A DNA stretch of 64,000 nt from Adineta vaga (lineage: Eukaryota > Animalia > Rotifera), in the NCBI GenBank assembly GCA_021613535.1, contig CP075495.1, forward strand, positions 11,904,001 to 11,968,000, written 5' to 3'. How positions within the stretch are numbered: position 1 is the first letter of the stretch; each line of letters begins with the position of its first letter. The notes under the pieces are model-generated. The model searched no databases, had not been told where the DNA came from, and saw only the letters and a list, made by a program, of their open reading frames with translations. Shown here piece by piece: positions 1 to 14,448 of this stretch. The translations under genes and the position numbers were made by a program.

Positions 1-514
1 CACCACTCTTAATGATCTAAATTTCTAACTTTGATCTGCTCATTCAAATCTTGCTATAGAACTTTCTCTCTCCCAAAAACAAAATACGATCATGTCGTTG
101 AATACAAACAATCTATCAACACATGAATTTTTAATCTTTTCATAGACAACATTCCAAAAAAGAATGTATGTTGCTACATAATACTATCACAACACACACA
201 CACCCTAGGCTATTCATTGCGATGAAATGGATATTTGATTTCATAGAAGTATCACAATAACAAATGTAGAAGAAACGATTTGATTTTTCTGAAAAATCTC
301 TACATATGTCAAATAGACATACATTTGATCTCAGCTGGATATCTAATTGTGAATGAACATGAGAAAAGAAACGAAAGAAAGATGAACATTGAACATATTT
401 GTTTTGATTGTAAATGAGAATATGACTGTAAAAACACGACTGTCGTCCTTCTGTCTGTTTAAACACAGTAGGTATTCAATATTCTTCATTGATCACAATA
501 GGAAATCTAATTGA

Positions 515-560
515 TGACAACAGACAGACAGATAGACAGACAGACTGATAGATAGATAAT
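515..560 (+). repeat. (GACA/GATA)n tetranucleotide microsatellite
   Basis: Run gacaacagacagacagatagacagacagactgatagatagata read directly. Confidence 0.8.
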
Positions 561-2395
561 ATGTATATAAGAAAAGTATTATTTTTGCTTGCCGAATCCG
601 ATCGATTGATCGATTCATTGAAAAGACGAAGATGTTCGGTTGTCTATCAATCAGTCAATCAGTCAGTCAGTCATTGTAACGATCACATTGTTTTTAATCT
701 TTTAATAACAAGGAAAAAGATTTTCTTTTCTCTTGAAGTCGTGCAACAATATCGCTCGATTAGTTTTTATTGTCATTTGACTGAGTTCATTTTGATGAGA
801 TTTTCTTCTTTTTCGTTGTCAAATTGAAACGTTCAATCAAGTGTGACAAACATGTTCAATAAAGAAATGACAGAGAAATGGCTTGTTTCAATTTTGGATT
901 TAAATACACGCGTCATTACTCACTGAACTCATTTGATATGCACATACATAAAGAACAAATGAAAGATGAGCGGATTCGTTTTTTTCTTCTTGTACATTTC
1001 AACATACAGGTGCAGGAAATACGTTCAAAATGACTAGTTGATGATAGTCTGAAGGCTATATGAACAAATTCATTTGGAATAACATCAAACAGACATTAAA
1101 CAAGAGAGAAAAAACTTTATTCATACTGGGAATATGTTCAGTCATTGTTCATAGATATCCTTAAGTGTTCTACTCGGAAGAATGATATGTTTTTCTTTCT
1201 TCTCTTTTAATGACCTTGTTATTCCATAAGTATTCATTGAATATCTACTTCCTTGACAAAACTAATTTTTTCAATAGAAAATAGTCTGTTGTCACATCAA
1301 TGAACAGCAGTAGACATATGTACTAATGAGTTGTTCACACCTGTATGAGAGACGCCGAGACATCGACAAAGTACCGTTTGATCGTATATACACATACATA
1401 CATTTTATGTATATAAATAGCTTAGTTCTTTCGTTCTAATCTCTTTTTTCATTCATGTTTGTTGTCAAACAATTGACAATCGAGAAATGTATCGATCAAA
1501 ACGAAAGAAACCAGAGATCATTTACAACAATTTTGATTTCTTTAACTAAAAGAAAAAAGTTAAATTTGATAGATGACAGAGACATGATGTCAAGGATCTA
1601 AAACATCATTTCAATCATGTATATAAACATACACACACATTATTTATGTTTGTGACAAAGACACACAAAAAAATGCACAAATAGCCTTGAGCTTTTCACT
1701 CTTTTGCATGTTTATATAAATTCTTCGAAAGTTTTTTTACTCGTCGCCTGTTTATTCAACAGATGTGCTTCTAATTGTGATCGAGGCGTGTATATATTGA
1801 ACGAGAATAAGGAGGAGATTGAACAAAAAAAGGAAATAGCAAAAACAAGACATTGACAAACACGCACATGTATGCACACGCGCGCACGGAAATCGTTAAT
1901 TTTAGACAACGAGAAATCGCCCTAAAGCTTCATTCCACTTTATGTCTAAACAGTGACATATATACATCGAAGAATAAAGGTCAATATAGTATTTAATGTT
2001 GTTATTAATAGACATTCAAGCATTTTCTTCCTATTGTAATCTTTAAATATTCTAAAGAAAGAAATCTGACATAATTATATGTCCGAAAGAAGATAGTCAC
2101 TATTGTATGAAATTTGACTCGAGATCGATGTATTCTTTTGTTAAGAACATTAAAATTCAACCTTGAAAAAGTATATTAAAACATTGATGCATGCATCAAA
2201 GGATTTCCGTTTATAATTCATTTTTCTTCTCATGGAAAAAGAATTCTTTTATTATTCTTACTATAAAAACTCACACACACATACATACATACACATAGTT
2301 AGTGACTTGTTCAACAAAGCAAAAAGAAAACGAATAATTATTGCACCCAAGCAAAAAATAGATATAAATTAACTCTTTCTTTCTTCTTCTTCTTC

Positions 2396-5106
2396 TCATA
2401 TTAGAATATGTGTTCTTGATGGATGTATTTGACAATTATATACAGATGGGATTTGTTGATAAACATGATAAGAATCACTTGCAACTTGACTTGTGTCAGT
2501 TGATGAATGTATTGAACATTCACTTGTGTCACAACTTTGTTGTTGTTGTTGTGGTTGTGGATAACTGATAATATTTAATGGACGATAGAATATCGATGAA
2601 TGTCCTGGTGGATGATAGAATGTATTTGTAGGTAATTTTTCAATTGAATTTGATATTGGTGGACTAGGCGATAGACGATGTATACGCCAACAACAGAAAA
2701 CAATCAAAACAAGACAAACGAAGATTGCACCAAGAAAAATTCCACCAAGAAGAAAGAAAAATTGTACAGATTGTTGATTCTCGGGATTATTCGATGAGAC
2801 AATTAATGATGATGTTGATGTTTTCATTTGTTCTAATTGAATATTACGACAATATTTATTATGTCGAATATTTAAACATATCATATAGATTGAAGAAAAT
2901 TCTTTCAAATAATCTTTGATATCAAGTTCAATTGAACGTTGTTCACCATCAATTAATCGTTGTAAAATAACACGACGTGTATTTTCATCATAAATTTGTA
3001 AATGAATATATCGTGGTAATGTTAACAACATGTATTCCCATGTTATAGTTAACATACCATTTGGATTATAAGATATATCATTGATAACTAATTCATCAAA
3101 TGACGATGATGGTATTGTTGTAGTTTTAATGGATGTTGATGATTGTATAGTTGTTGATCTACATAAAAGAAATAACCTTGAGAAATGATCCCGAAAGGGA
3201 ATTAAAATCAAACATGCGAAGAAAATGACAAAGCTTATATAATATGATTAGAGGTAGAGAAAACGGAAATTTTCTAATATATTTATATATGATAGACAGA
3301 TTAATCAAAGGTCGAATAATATTTTTCAGATTGAATAATATCTTATTTCCTCTTTCCGGTTATTAGTCTTCTTTGAACAAAAAAAACTTACTTTAAATCA
3401 AAATTTTTTCTTCGATCTTGACATTTAGAATATTCATTGTCTTTACAAATCATATCTTGTTCATCAATGATTGTCAATTGTTTTCCGGTAAGTTTCATTG
3501 GTGTTGCACATGTCCATTGAAGAAATTTAATTAAATCATAATCATAATTTTTAATTAACCATTGTTTTAACCATTTCAATTGACAATTACAATGTAATGG
3601 ATTACCAGTAAAACCGATAGTTTTTAAATTTTTATATTGATATAAATCATCTCGATTTAACGTACAGATTTGATTTGAACTAAGATCAATATCGGTTAAT
3701 TTCGATGAATTGAAATCTTTTCCAAAGAAATTTGGTATCGAAGATAAATGATTACGTTGTAAATCAATAGATATTAATGAAGATTTTAAATTGTAAAGAA
3801 ATCTATCAGGTAATTCTTTGAAATTATTTGATGATAATTTTAATCGTTGAAGTGAAAGAAATGCTGAGAATGGATTATTCTCAACATAAATTCGAGTTAA
3901 ATTACAATTTTGTAAAGATAATTCAATTAATTTGTTTTCTAAACCAGCAAAAATCGTTTTTGAAAGATTCAATTGATTGTTTCGATCTAAATTTAAGATT
4001 TCTAATGAATTTAAATCGTCAAATGGTTGTTGATTCAATTGAAATTGTAAACGATTACGTGCTAAATTTAAATAAGTTAAATATTTCAAACCCGATAAGG
4101 ATTTATTTGTTAAATAATTCAAATCATTGCCTTGTAAAGATAAATAAGAAAGTTTTCCATTGGTTTGAAATAAATTTTCCGGTAGAAATGTTAAACGATT
4201 GAAATCAAGATTTAATTCTTTTAAATTGTTTAATATGGATAAGAAAGTTAATTGTAATGAATTAATTTCATTATTTTGCAAAGATAATTTTTCTAATGAT
4301 AATAAATTTTCGAAGAAATTCTTTTCTATGATTTGAATACCATTCGATGATAGATCAAGTAATTTTAGATTCTTTGAAAGAAATGTTTGTTTTAAATAAT
4401 GAAAATTATTTTGACTTAATGTTAAAATTTCTAAATTTAAAAGATATTTTGTTAAATCTAACCAGATATGATCATTTAATTGATTATGATCAAGATGTAG
4501 AGAACGAAGATTATGTAACGAATGAAATGCATCAGATTCAATTTGTTTTATATTAGATTTAATAATAGATAATTCTTCGAGTTTACGATATTTAATAAAG
4601 GTATGATTGAAAAGAATAGTTAAATTAAGATTGATTAATTTTAATGAACGTAAATTAATTAAATTGGATTTAATAGCTTGTGGAATTTCATGAACAAAAT
4701 TTGAATCAAATTCAATAATTAATTCTTCAAGATAATTTGCTAATTCAATGAATGCATGTGAATCTATTGAACGAATTTTATTCCCAGAAAGATTCAGACG
4801 TTTTACACGAAGACCTTGAAAAGCATTTTGAGAAATAGAAGATATTTGGTTATCATTTAAAACAAGTTCATCATAAACTGTATTGGTTGTACGAGAAAAA
4901 TTTGGAATATCATTTAATTGTTTTCGACCACAATGTATATAACTAAAAACATAAGATATATTTTAACAATAGGATTGAGTTTTACAGAATTCAAATTAAT
5001 CTTACTTTGTATTATCTTGTCGAATACCGGCTTGACAAATCGTTTGAAAATCTATTTGACAATAATGAATAGGGATAAGAGTCATTAAGATCAATTGAAT
5101 ATACAT
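2396..5106 (-). CDS. Leucine-rich-repeat type I transmembrane protein (signal peptide, many LRRs, LRRCT, FN3-like juxtamembrane region, TM, cytoplasmic tail); 3 exons
   Basis: ATG at 5106 gives MYIQLILMTLIPIHYCQ (signal-like). Intron ~5005-4943. Long exon of LxxLxLxxNxL repeats continues in the frame of ORF 3388-4281 and ends in LRRCT GNPLHCNCQLKWL...WTCATP. Intron ~3391-3159. Last exon has TM FFFLLGGIFLGAIFVCLVLIVFCCW and a tail with YHVYQQI. Confidence 0.85.
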
Positions 5107-8100
5107 TTTCTTCGTCGTTTTCTATTTTAAATCTAAAAGAATTTCAAACAGCTGCTGAATGATCAATGGATCATTAACAAAAATAAAAAAGTCAAAAAGA
5201 CCATCTGGCTTAACGTTCAACAACATAGAATATCGGATGTGTTGAAACTTTTTTTTTATCTCACCTTTATTACTGATTAGATTTACTCGACTAGTAGCAA
5301 CGATCTTTTCGAGAAGTGTTGAAGTATGTAGAGAGAAAATACAGCAGCTCGTTGAGTGATATTTGATTTCAAAGTGAACACGCTTTTTCTTTTCTCTCCT
5401 TCTCGCACGTTCAACGAGCGCGAAAGAAAGAGAAAAAATGCAATTGGCTTCTCTCCCTTTTCTTCTCTCTTTGCTCCATTCTTTCACTCTCTTTCTCTCT
5501 ATTGCTATCTTAAGAAAGAGAAAATAAGATCTATGTATATGTACAAAACACTACATACGTCGTCGCCATGTTTTACATCATCATCATTCGGAAAAAAAAA
5601 GAATAGATAGGTGACACCCTGGTTGTCTACACCCATCGATCATTATAAATGGTATCCCGCCACCAACTGATCTCTGATCTTTTCTAGGCTAATATATACA
5701 TCTCTTACACAATCAAATCGGATTCTTTCGAAAGGTCATTAGCAGGTGTACCATATGATCGGCATTTGATACGCAAAAGAAGAAAAAGAATAAATATAGT
5801 TAGAAAGAAGCTCATATATCTTCGTGAAAACTAGATGAAATATGGATGATGATGATGATGATGGTGGTGTTGAACTATGTTAAGATGAAACAAAAAAAAA
5901 ATGAGAGAGAAAAATGAATAGAAGAACGACATATACACATTCCATCTCATTAATTTTGTGCTTTTGCATCTCATGAGAATAGGGTCTCTGTAATTTTCTT
6001 GTAATCGTATGTCGTACGGTCACTCTTCTCCAGTTAACTACCAGGAACAATAGACAAAAGAATGAGCAGAATACATGATGAATTTCAAGTTGCAATACAC
6101 TTACGTCAACTGTCACTTCAATTAGAAATGCTGTTCACCCATTCTTGCCCTTTCTCTCTCTCTCTCTCATTTTCTCTCTTTTTTGGCTTTCGAGACATAT
6201 TGCTCGAAGAAAAAAAAATTAGATTCTCACAGTAGGAGATATGTTCTTTCAATTGTAGGAAGTTTATATGTAGTCCGGATGTATATAGCTAGATATACAT
6301 GTGTGCATGTTTAAATGAGAACAATAGAGGAACAAATTGTTCTCAACAATCGAAAGATGTACATCAACGATAGAATATCACAACAGTGATAATGATAAGG
6401 CCAATACAATCATTTCCGTATCGTGAATAGTTGACATCTCCATCTCGTTATGTCTTGTCTTGTCTACTTGAATATGATGTGACGCTTTGAGACTAATGAT
6501 CGAATGACTTGATAAGCAAACATTATGCCTTCAAGCTACTACTTTCCTACCAGAAAGAGTCATTCAACGATCAGTTATACAGTTGTCATGAGAATAATCT
6601 ATGATGCAGAGAAATGTTCGCTGTTTCTATATGTAAATGTGTCCATGTCATCAATTGATAATTGATTGTTTTCTCGCCGTAAAAATTTGATTTTCTCACA
6701 CCATCCATCGTGTTCAGGTGTGAACAAATTTCATTTTGTTTTCACGTGAAATTGTGAGCAAGCTGTTGATGTAGAGGAATGACAAATCAATTCTCTTAGG
6801 GATGACACGAAAAATGAAAATGAATTGTTATAAGAAATAAAATGGTATAAATAACATCTTAGATAAAGAATTATTGATAAATAGTTAAAGATCTTTAAAA
6901 CGAATTTTGCCGTTAGCTGACCTCCTTTTGATGATTATCACCTAAGATATGGCAAAGTGTGCGTGAATATAAGTATGTTTCATCTAGCACTCGTGCATTA
7001 CCATCGTCTGCAATTAGACAAGAGCAAAAAATAAAAAAGCAGTTCACCTTATCTATATCTTTTCATGTACGTATGTGTGTGTAAAATAACGAAATGAACG
7101 AACCCAATGATCACAAGTCGGTCTTTTGATTATGATAATATTATAAGCAGGCATGCGCGTGTTCTTATACTACAAACAATATCATAAATCTATGTCTATA
7201 GTTCATTAGTGAAAACCAGAAGCCTTATACTTTCTTTGGTCAGTTATGGGAGTAAGAAATAAGTTTAATTGATCGATTTTCTTTTTTTTCATCCATATCG
7301 AGTATCTCTCCATTCCAATTTCCTGACATGTCGTCTCGAGTTGACTGCTTTATATATCTCATTAATAATGTTCTTTCTTCATCAGTCTGACAAATGACTT
7401 AAAAAGAAAATGCATTCGATGAGATGACCATAGTCGTTTAAGATTAAAAAGAAAAAAGAAATGAATTGATGAATTGGAAGAAAACCTGAGAGAAACAATG
7501 TCATATATTGATGTTCACGTGCTATCTGTATGAATGTCTCGGTTTTAATATTGATAGCTGATCAAAAAATGTTACGTCGGAACGATTTTCTTTAACGTCA
7601 TCATGTTAGAATTCATTGATTTTCCATTTTCTTGTCTTCATGCTGAGATGATCAAACCGTGAAAGAAAGACATTAGCCATGCCATCTTTACAAAAGTTAA
7701 AAGAATAATTCATTTGAATTCATTTTAACAGATTTCTTTCTTTTCATTCTTTGCTAGTGTTAATTACTTTGAAAGAAAGAAAGAAATGAATCTGCTTAAC
7801 AATCATCGATTGTATTCAACATCATAATCAATTCCTCCTTTTTCTTTTCTTTTTTTGTTTTTAAAATGGATATTCAAAATGCTAAATGTTCTTCAATGAA
7901 GATGAAATTTGCAATTATGTCATTGGAATCGAGAAAAAAGAAGTTTCACGCTGTTATATTTAAGAACACTCGATAAATCCACTTCATTCTCATGTCAATT
8001 GACAGCAAGAAGAGTTCATTTTATATCTTGAAAAAAAACAATCTATTTTTTTGACAGATAAGACAGAACAATTAACCTTGGAAAATGAACTAATGAGAAT

Positions 8101-8205
8101 AAGCGCGAAATTTCTCTATAATCGAATAAAAGAAATTCTAATGAACTTATTGACTGGAATACAATAGAACATGTGTGAAATGTAGATATCTGGATTATTG
8201 AGCGA

Positions 8206-9604
8206 ATGTTCCTTCTGAATCTACCGCTTAATGTTAAAGAACAAGCTGCTATAGAAAGACGTCGTTGTGAAGAAAAAGAACGTTTATCACGAATTTTCAA
8301 TGTGAAATATCGAACTATAGGTGTAAGGTTTCATATCAAATGGAAACTATTTTGTAAATCAATATGTTCAGGTTGATAAAATAACCCTTAATAAACAAGT
8401 TCAAGAACGACAACGTTTAAAAGAACTCGAAAAACAACGAAATGATGCTTTTAGTAAATGAATATAATCTCTCTGGAAATAAATGAAAGTTTTCTTAGAT
8501 CGTGAAATGATTCGTAATGATTTGAAATTAATTCATCTCGAACAAGAAGAACTCTCGCAACAACGACAATGTGCACAGGAATTAAATGATTATCGTCGTT
8601 TGTATCAAAGACCAGAAGATACAAGAGAATGGGATTTGAATGATCCAGATCAATGGAAATATTTAACACCAGCACGAATCAATGATGACGATGCTCGCTT
8701 AGGTCCATCATCGGGTCAAATATTTGCTGGTGAAGATCTTCAACGGTTTGCACGAAAAAAAGCTCAACAGAAACAATTAAAGAATTATTTTGATATACAA
8801 GTAATCGTTGAATCACAGTTGAAAGACTTTTCATTTGAAATTTTCACAAAAGATAATGGCTAAAGCACGAAAAGATGAACAAGAACGTCTTGCAAATCAT
8901 TTGTATAATTGTAAACAATTAGAATTAGTTGAACGTGATCGAACATTAGAACAAATTGAAATTGAATGTCATCGAGCAATGGAAATAGCAACAAGAAATT
9001 ATAACGAAATACTTGTATTATACAGTTAAATTTACATAGAAATAAATAGAGATTTTACTAATTTTTTTCTCCATTAGGCAGATGAAACAAAATTTCGAAC
9101 AAATGAACAAAAACTACGTCAAACAGAAGAACAATTAGCTGAACTAGCTAATACAACTTTCAGTGATATGTTAACTGAAAATATCAAAGATATACTTGAT
9201 ACTCGTGGTCATATCATTGTTGACCGATGGAAAGGAATGACTAAAGATCAATTAGATGACATTCGTCAGCAACAAGTAGCACAAATTAATGAACGTCAAG
9301 TACGTGCTCATCAACTAATACTTTACTTTGTGTTGAAGATTTGATTTCTTTTTAGAAAATGAATAGTACACAAAGAAATTTCGATGAAATTTGGGGAAAA
9401 TATGCAAATGCAATTGCTAAACAAGCCACAATTGTTGAACAGAAACTTGAAGAAGATAATCGTCAATTTCGTCGCCATCTGGATAATGAAAATCATTCTC
9501 TTGCTAAAAGACAACATGAATATCAACACGATCTGAATACAAATTTGTATCGTTCTGCACCGACTGCTGCTTTTTACGAACAATTTAGTACGACTAGCCG
9601 ATAA
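8206..9604 (+). CDS. RIBC2: RIB43A-like coiled-coil protein (axonemal microtubule inner protein)
   Basis: MFLLNLPLNVKEQAAIERRRCEEKERLSRIFNVKYRTIG; YQRPEDTREWDLNDP; PARINDDDARLGPSSGQIFAGEDL; VDRWKGMT; C-terminal PTAAFYEQFSTTSR. All are RIB43A hallmarks. Multiple short introns. Confidence 0.9.
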
Positions 9605-10008
9605 AAATTCAAAATGAACTTCTAATATCTTGAATCATAACATAAAAGATCATTTTCGTTGTAAAGAATATTTGAAGTGTGTCAAAACAAATGTATAGAA
9701 TATTTAATTTTGTCTAACGAACGTACTTCATGTAATGACAGTGTGTGTATGTGAAAAAACACATCACCATAACAACGGTAAGTCTCGTATAGAACGTCAC
9801 ATAGAAAAAGAAGATATATTGGTGGCAGACAACTCATGCCTCCCCTTCTTTTTTTTACCGATCTTTGTTTTTTTCTTCCATTTTTTATGGTTTCTTTCAA
9901 AGATTGTTATGCGATTTTCTCTTCTAATCTACTCACACGTTGATATAAATCTCAAAATGACATTACTTTTCAAATCATTATATTCTAGATTTCTATTAAA
10001 ATATTTGA

Positions 10009-10898
10009 ATGGATAAAAAAGCATCGATTATTCTCTATGGCCTAGCTGAATCAACATGCACGCAACGTGTCGTTGCAACGTTAACAGAAAAGGGATTGAG
10101 TTTTACACTACAATCAATCGATTTTATGGGTGGTGAACATAAAGTAAGATAGATATATAGAATGACGTTTATTTTTCGAAGATACATCTTTTGTTTTACA
10201 GACTGCAACTTATTTGGAAGAAAAGCAACCATTCGGTGTTATTCCTGTATTGATTGATGAAAATGGTTTTAAAGTTTATGGTTGAATTTAGTTTTCTGAT
10301 AATAAATGAAATATAATATTAATTTTATTTGTAGAATCACGAGCTATTTGTCGATATCTCGAAATGAAATATAAAGGCAAAGGTACGGAATTAATACCAA
10401 CAAAAGATCCAAAAGCTCAAGGTCTATTTGAACAAGCTGCATCTGTTGAAATCTCTTATTTTGATCCATACGCTAGTGGTATTGTGATGGAACGAGTTTT
10501 TAAAAAGTGATTTCAATTTGTAACTATTAAATGATGTTATTTATTGTTTTTAGAATGAAAGGTCTTGGTGATGCTGATGAAGCAAAAGTAACATCATTCA
10601 AAAAAGAACTCAGTACAAAATTAGATGTCTACGAAAAGATTTTAACAAAACAACCATATTTAGCTGGTGAAGTAAGGATTCTTTAATATTTTTTTTTCTC
10701 GAATAGTTGAATCTGATTATGGAATCTTTTTTAATCATTTATAGACTTTTACTTTGGCAGATTTATTTCATTTACCTTATGGTGCATGGCTTGTCAAACT
10801 TGGAGAAGGTAATTTGTTCGAATCTCGAACATGTTAAAGCATGGTGGAATAAAATTACAGCACGAACATCATGGAAAACAGTTCAAGCAATGCAATAA
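10009..10898 (+). CDS. Phi-class-like glutathione S-transferase; 5 coding exons; apparent frameshift near the C-terminus (~10829)
   Basis: Spliced product MDKKASIILYGLAESTCTQRVVATLTEKG...GGEHK|TATYLEEKQPFGVIPVLIDENGFKVY|ESRAICRYLEMKY...LFEQAASVE...|KLDVYEKILTKQPYLAGE|TFTLADLFHLPYG. The HVKAWW...RTSW tail lies in another frame. Confidence 0.88.
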
Positions 10899-11243
10899 TA
10901 TTACCAGTGAAAACATTTACATTTCTCTATCTTTCGGAATTTCACTTAACTATAAAATATTAAAAACATAGTTTTTTACATTTTAGCCTATCTTACAAAC
11001 AAAATATCACTCATAATTCATTTGAACGATAATGTATCCACTATAGAGAATGATAGATTTTGTTTATATATTTCTTTCAATATTTAAAAAAAAACTTTGT
11101 TCTTTTTCTTATCACAAACGAAAAAAAAATAACTCGAAATGATTGTTAAAAGAAAACTTTCTCTCAATCGTAACAAATATACAATGATACTGTATATGAA
11201 CGTCTTTCTATCACAGTAAGCTTCGTTCCTTTGTTTTCTTTTG

Positions 11244-13028
11244 TCACTTTTCAAAGTCCATGACTATTATTTTTTCACATGCTTTTCCACTTGTATTAGC
11301 TGGTAAATCATCAACAGCATATTGAATCTCAGAATATAATGATAAATCATCTCCTTGATTTTCCATACGTTTATTTTGTTCAACCAATAATTTGTCATGA
11401 TCAGATTGTTCATGACGATGTTTTTCAACCTTTTCAATCCAAGTAAATATACGTATTGATTTTTGTTGATCAACATCCAATTCTACTGATGGATTTTCTA
11501 TGGTTGAAAGATGATGTGATGCTATAAAAGCTAACTGAAGATTACTTGGATTGAAAGTTTTTGATTGTTTAAATGAATTTTGATGTTGTGATGTTAATGG
11601 TGATTGATGGTGTTGTTGAGAAGAATTGGCTGAAGTTGTTGGTGGATTTGGCGCGTGACTTCGACGAAGACGAACCAATGGTGTTGGAGGATTTGATGGT
11701 GGTAAAATTGTCGAAACAAGTTGTTGATGTGGAGGATATAAATATGGAGATTTAATACGATTATGTGAATGTTGATGCGTTGAATTATGTGATTGTTCGA
11801 CTGTTTGTGGAAGATTCGGATTTATTGACAATCGAAGAGCTGCTAGACGAGCTTGTATATCCGCATTTGATGCTACACGATGAGCTACTGTTGGTGTTGA
11901 TGGTGGTGGTTTTGGACGAGTTGGCAATGAATGATTAGTATTAGACAGACCGTTACTTGGCGGTGAATTTGTTGATGTATATCCATATGCAGCTTGAATA
12001 ACTTCTTCGGAACGTCGACGATATTTATCAATTTTTTGTTTCATTGGAGTTTTTATAGCATTACTCTGTCGACGTTGATAAAGTTGACCTAAATGAGAAT
12101 TCAATTTGCAAAAATATATTCTTAAAAAGTAACTATAAACATACCATGATTTGTTCGCTCTCTAGTTAATAATTCTGGTCCATGCGAAGATTCCATATGT
12201 GTCTGCGGTGGATTGGTTCGCTGTCGGCTTGAAGTTTTTAATGTTCGTTGTTGTTGGTGATGGTGGTGGTGCTGTTGTTGATTTGTATCACCTGAACTAC
12301 TTGAAAAACGAAAGTCAACTCCACTATCAGTTAGTTGTCTTTGAGATAATGTTATAGTTTGATTCATTCCATTTTTTTTACTGGCTCGTTGTGATCGACG
12401 ACTCAATGGTAATGGACTTGCATTGGTAATTTCTTCAAAATCTCCATGTGAATTCATGAAATTGTCTGTAGAACGTTTTCCAAATGCATTAAAAATAGAT
12501 GAAATCGATGCAGATGGAGTACAACCACTACTTTTTGGACTACCATTAACTAGCGGAGTTTTCGAGCGTGTACGTGAATGAAGTTCATCATGTGAATTAT
12601 TATATCGATCGATATTTCCTTTCGTATATCGTATTGTTGGTAGATGTGCATCATAGGATTCATTTGATGTGGGTTGAATACGATTACTTGGAAAGAAATT
12701 TGATCGATAAGATGTTGATACTAATTGATGTGCTGATGGCGAAACGTAACCAGAAGATTTACGAGTATTAGATACACTTAATTCAGCTGTCGTTTCAATT
12801 ATATCTTAACACAGGAAAATAAAAGTTTTATTAGATCTATTCGATTTTGTCTTTCATATAAACAGAACTAATTTGTACTAGAGAAAATTTTTTGAGAATG
12901 ATAAAATTATGTCCTAGTGGTTCAAAATAATCATTATTTTCTTTTGACAATTTGATGGATTTTTTTATTCTACATTCAGTTTTTATTTCAAATGAGAGAA
13001 TAACATTACGAACATATCCGACAGGCAT
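11244..13028 (-). CDS. Uncharacterised low-complexity Ser/His/Gln/Pro-rich protein; about 3 exons, start uncertain
   Basis: ORFs 12122-12457 and 11244-12104 are joined by GT-AG intron ~12144-12089. The frame extends to an acceptor at ~12805, and a plausible first exon MPVGYV starts at 13028. No domain recognised. Confidence 0.6.
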
Positions 13029-14448
13029 TTGTGTTTGTACAATAATAGAATTTCATGAACGTAGGTGTAATATATGTAATTCTACGGATTCCACTTCTTT
13101 CTTTTTTTCTTTTTCTCTTCTCACCTCCCATTTTTTTTTTCTTCTCTAAACTATTCATCTAATCGTAATAATAATCTTTGTTTCAAAGTGATTTTTTTTC
13201 AATGACTCTAGTTTATTTTATTTAAATGGTTCAGGTGAAAAAGTTCATTGTCTTGTTTATTTTCATAATATTATCATATGAAAGATGAACAGAGCGAAAA
13301 AATTAATGGCGATGCCTTGATGTACAAGGTAATTTCTTTCGCAATCCTCAACAAGAACGTATGTTTTAACTGTTAAACTATTTCTAGTACTTACTATCTT
13401 GAAGTTTACCATCACTATTACTTCGTAAGATTTGATTAAGCAGCATATCTTTCTTACGCTTAATGATTGTTGAACAATTGTTCGGCATATTTGAATCCTA
13501 ATGATGATGTTGATGACGAAATGATTTATATAAATTTTGTCAAATTAATGAAATGAATTGATTGGTAAAGAATAGAGACGCATCAGTTGAACATAAGTGA
13601 TGAAATGAAAAAGAATTGATAAAAAATAAAGAATAGAAATCAATAAGTTCGATGTAGTATTTGGCACTTTAGTATAATGATTATTCTTCCAGAGAGACAA
13701 GCAGTAATGGCAATAAGGCAATGCATATGTACGTATTTTCTCCTCGAACAATTGAAGAGAGACAGAAGAAAAAACTTTTCATTCTCTCATCTCACTCAAA
13801 GTCAAACATCTCCGTCGATACGATGTCGTGTGTCGTTCTTGCATTCGTTTGCTTCCCTTCTTCCATTTCTTTCTTTCCCCTTTCTCACTCACTCGCTCAC
13901 TCACTCTTCTCTCTTTCATCAAGTGCTTCTGATCTGATTTTATACACATATCTCGATGTGTAAATTTTTAAAAAATTTTTTTCTCAGACATTATTTACAA
14001 TACTAAGAAAAATATTAGCAAAAAAACATTATTTTCGAGTGATTGATTGATTGTTTAATTAATGGAATCTTAAGTTATGTTCTAATCAAAATAAGAAAAA
14101 AAAAGTTGTTGAAAATGAAAAATTAATGCAATTAGCTTTTACTATTTTTAGTTCACAAATCATCGAATTTAAACGTATATATTCATTGAAAGAACAATAG
14201 AAAAATTTGTTTAGTTTGTACTCTTTATGGTAAAATTCGAAATTATCAATAATTGAGATTTGTTTCAATGTCATATCATTCTTCAGCTGTGATACATCTA
14301 ATTATTTAATTGATAGAATCGTTCATATTGATAGGCAAGTGAAGCAAATTAGTGAGAAATATATTATGAATAGATGACACTCGCCAGCTTGAGATATCGA
14401 CTATATATATATACGATATCATGATCTTAATGTGTATTATTGTCAATA

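Noticed and set aside
6945-7010. Possible miRNA-like hairpin
   Set aside because: Pairing is patchy by eye and there is no confident match to a known seed family; folding and small-RNA data would be needed.
14393-14420. Short inverted repeat gatatcg-(TA)n-cgatatc
   Set aside because: Too short and expected by chance in AT-rich DNA.
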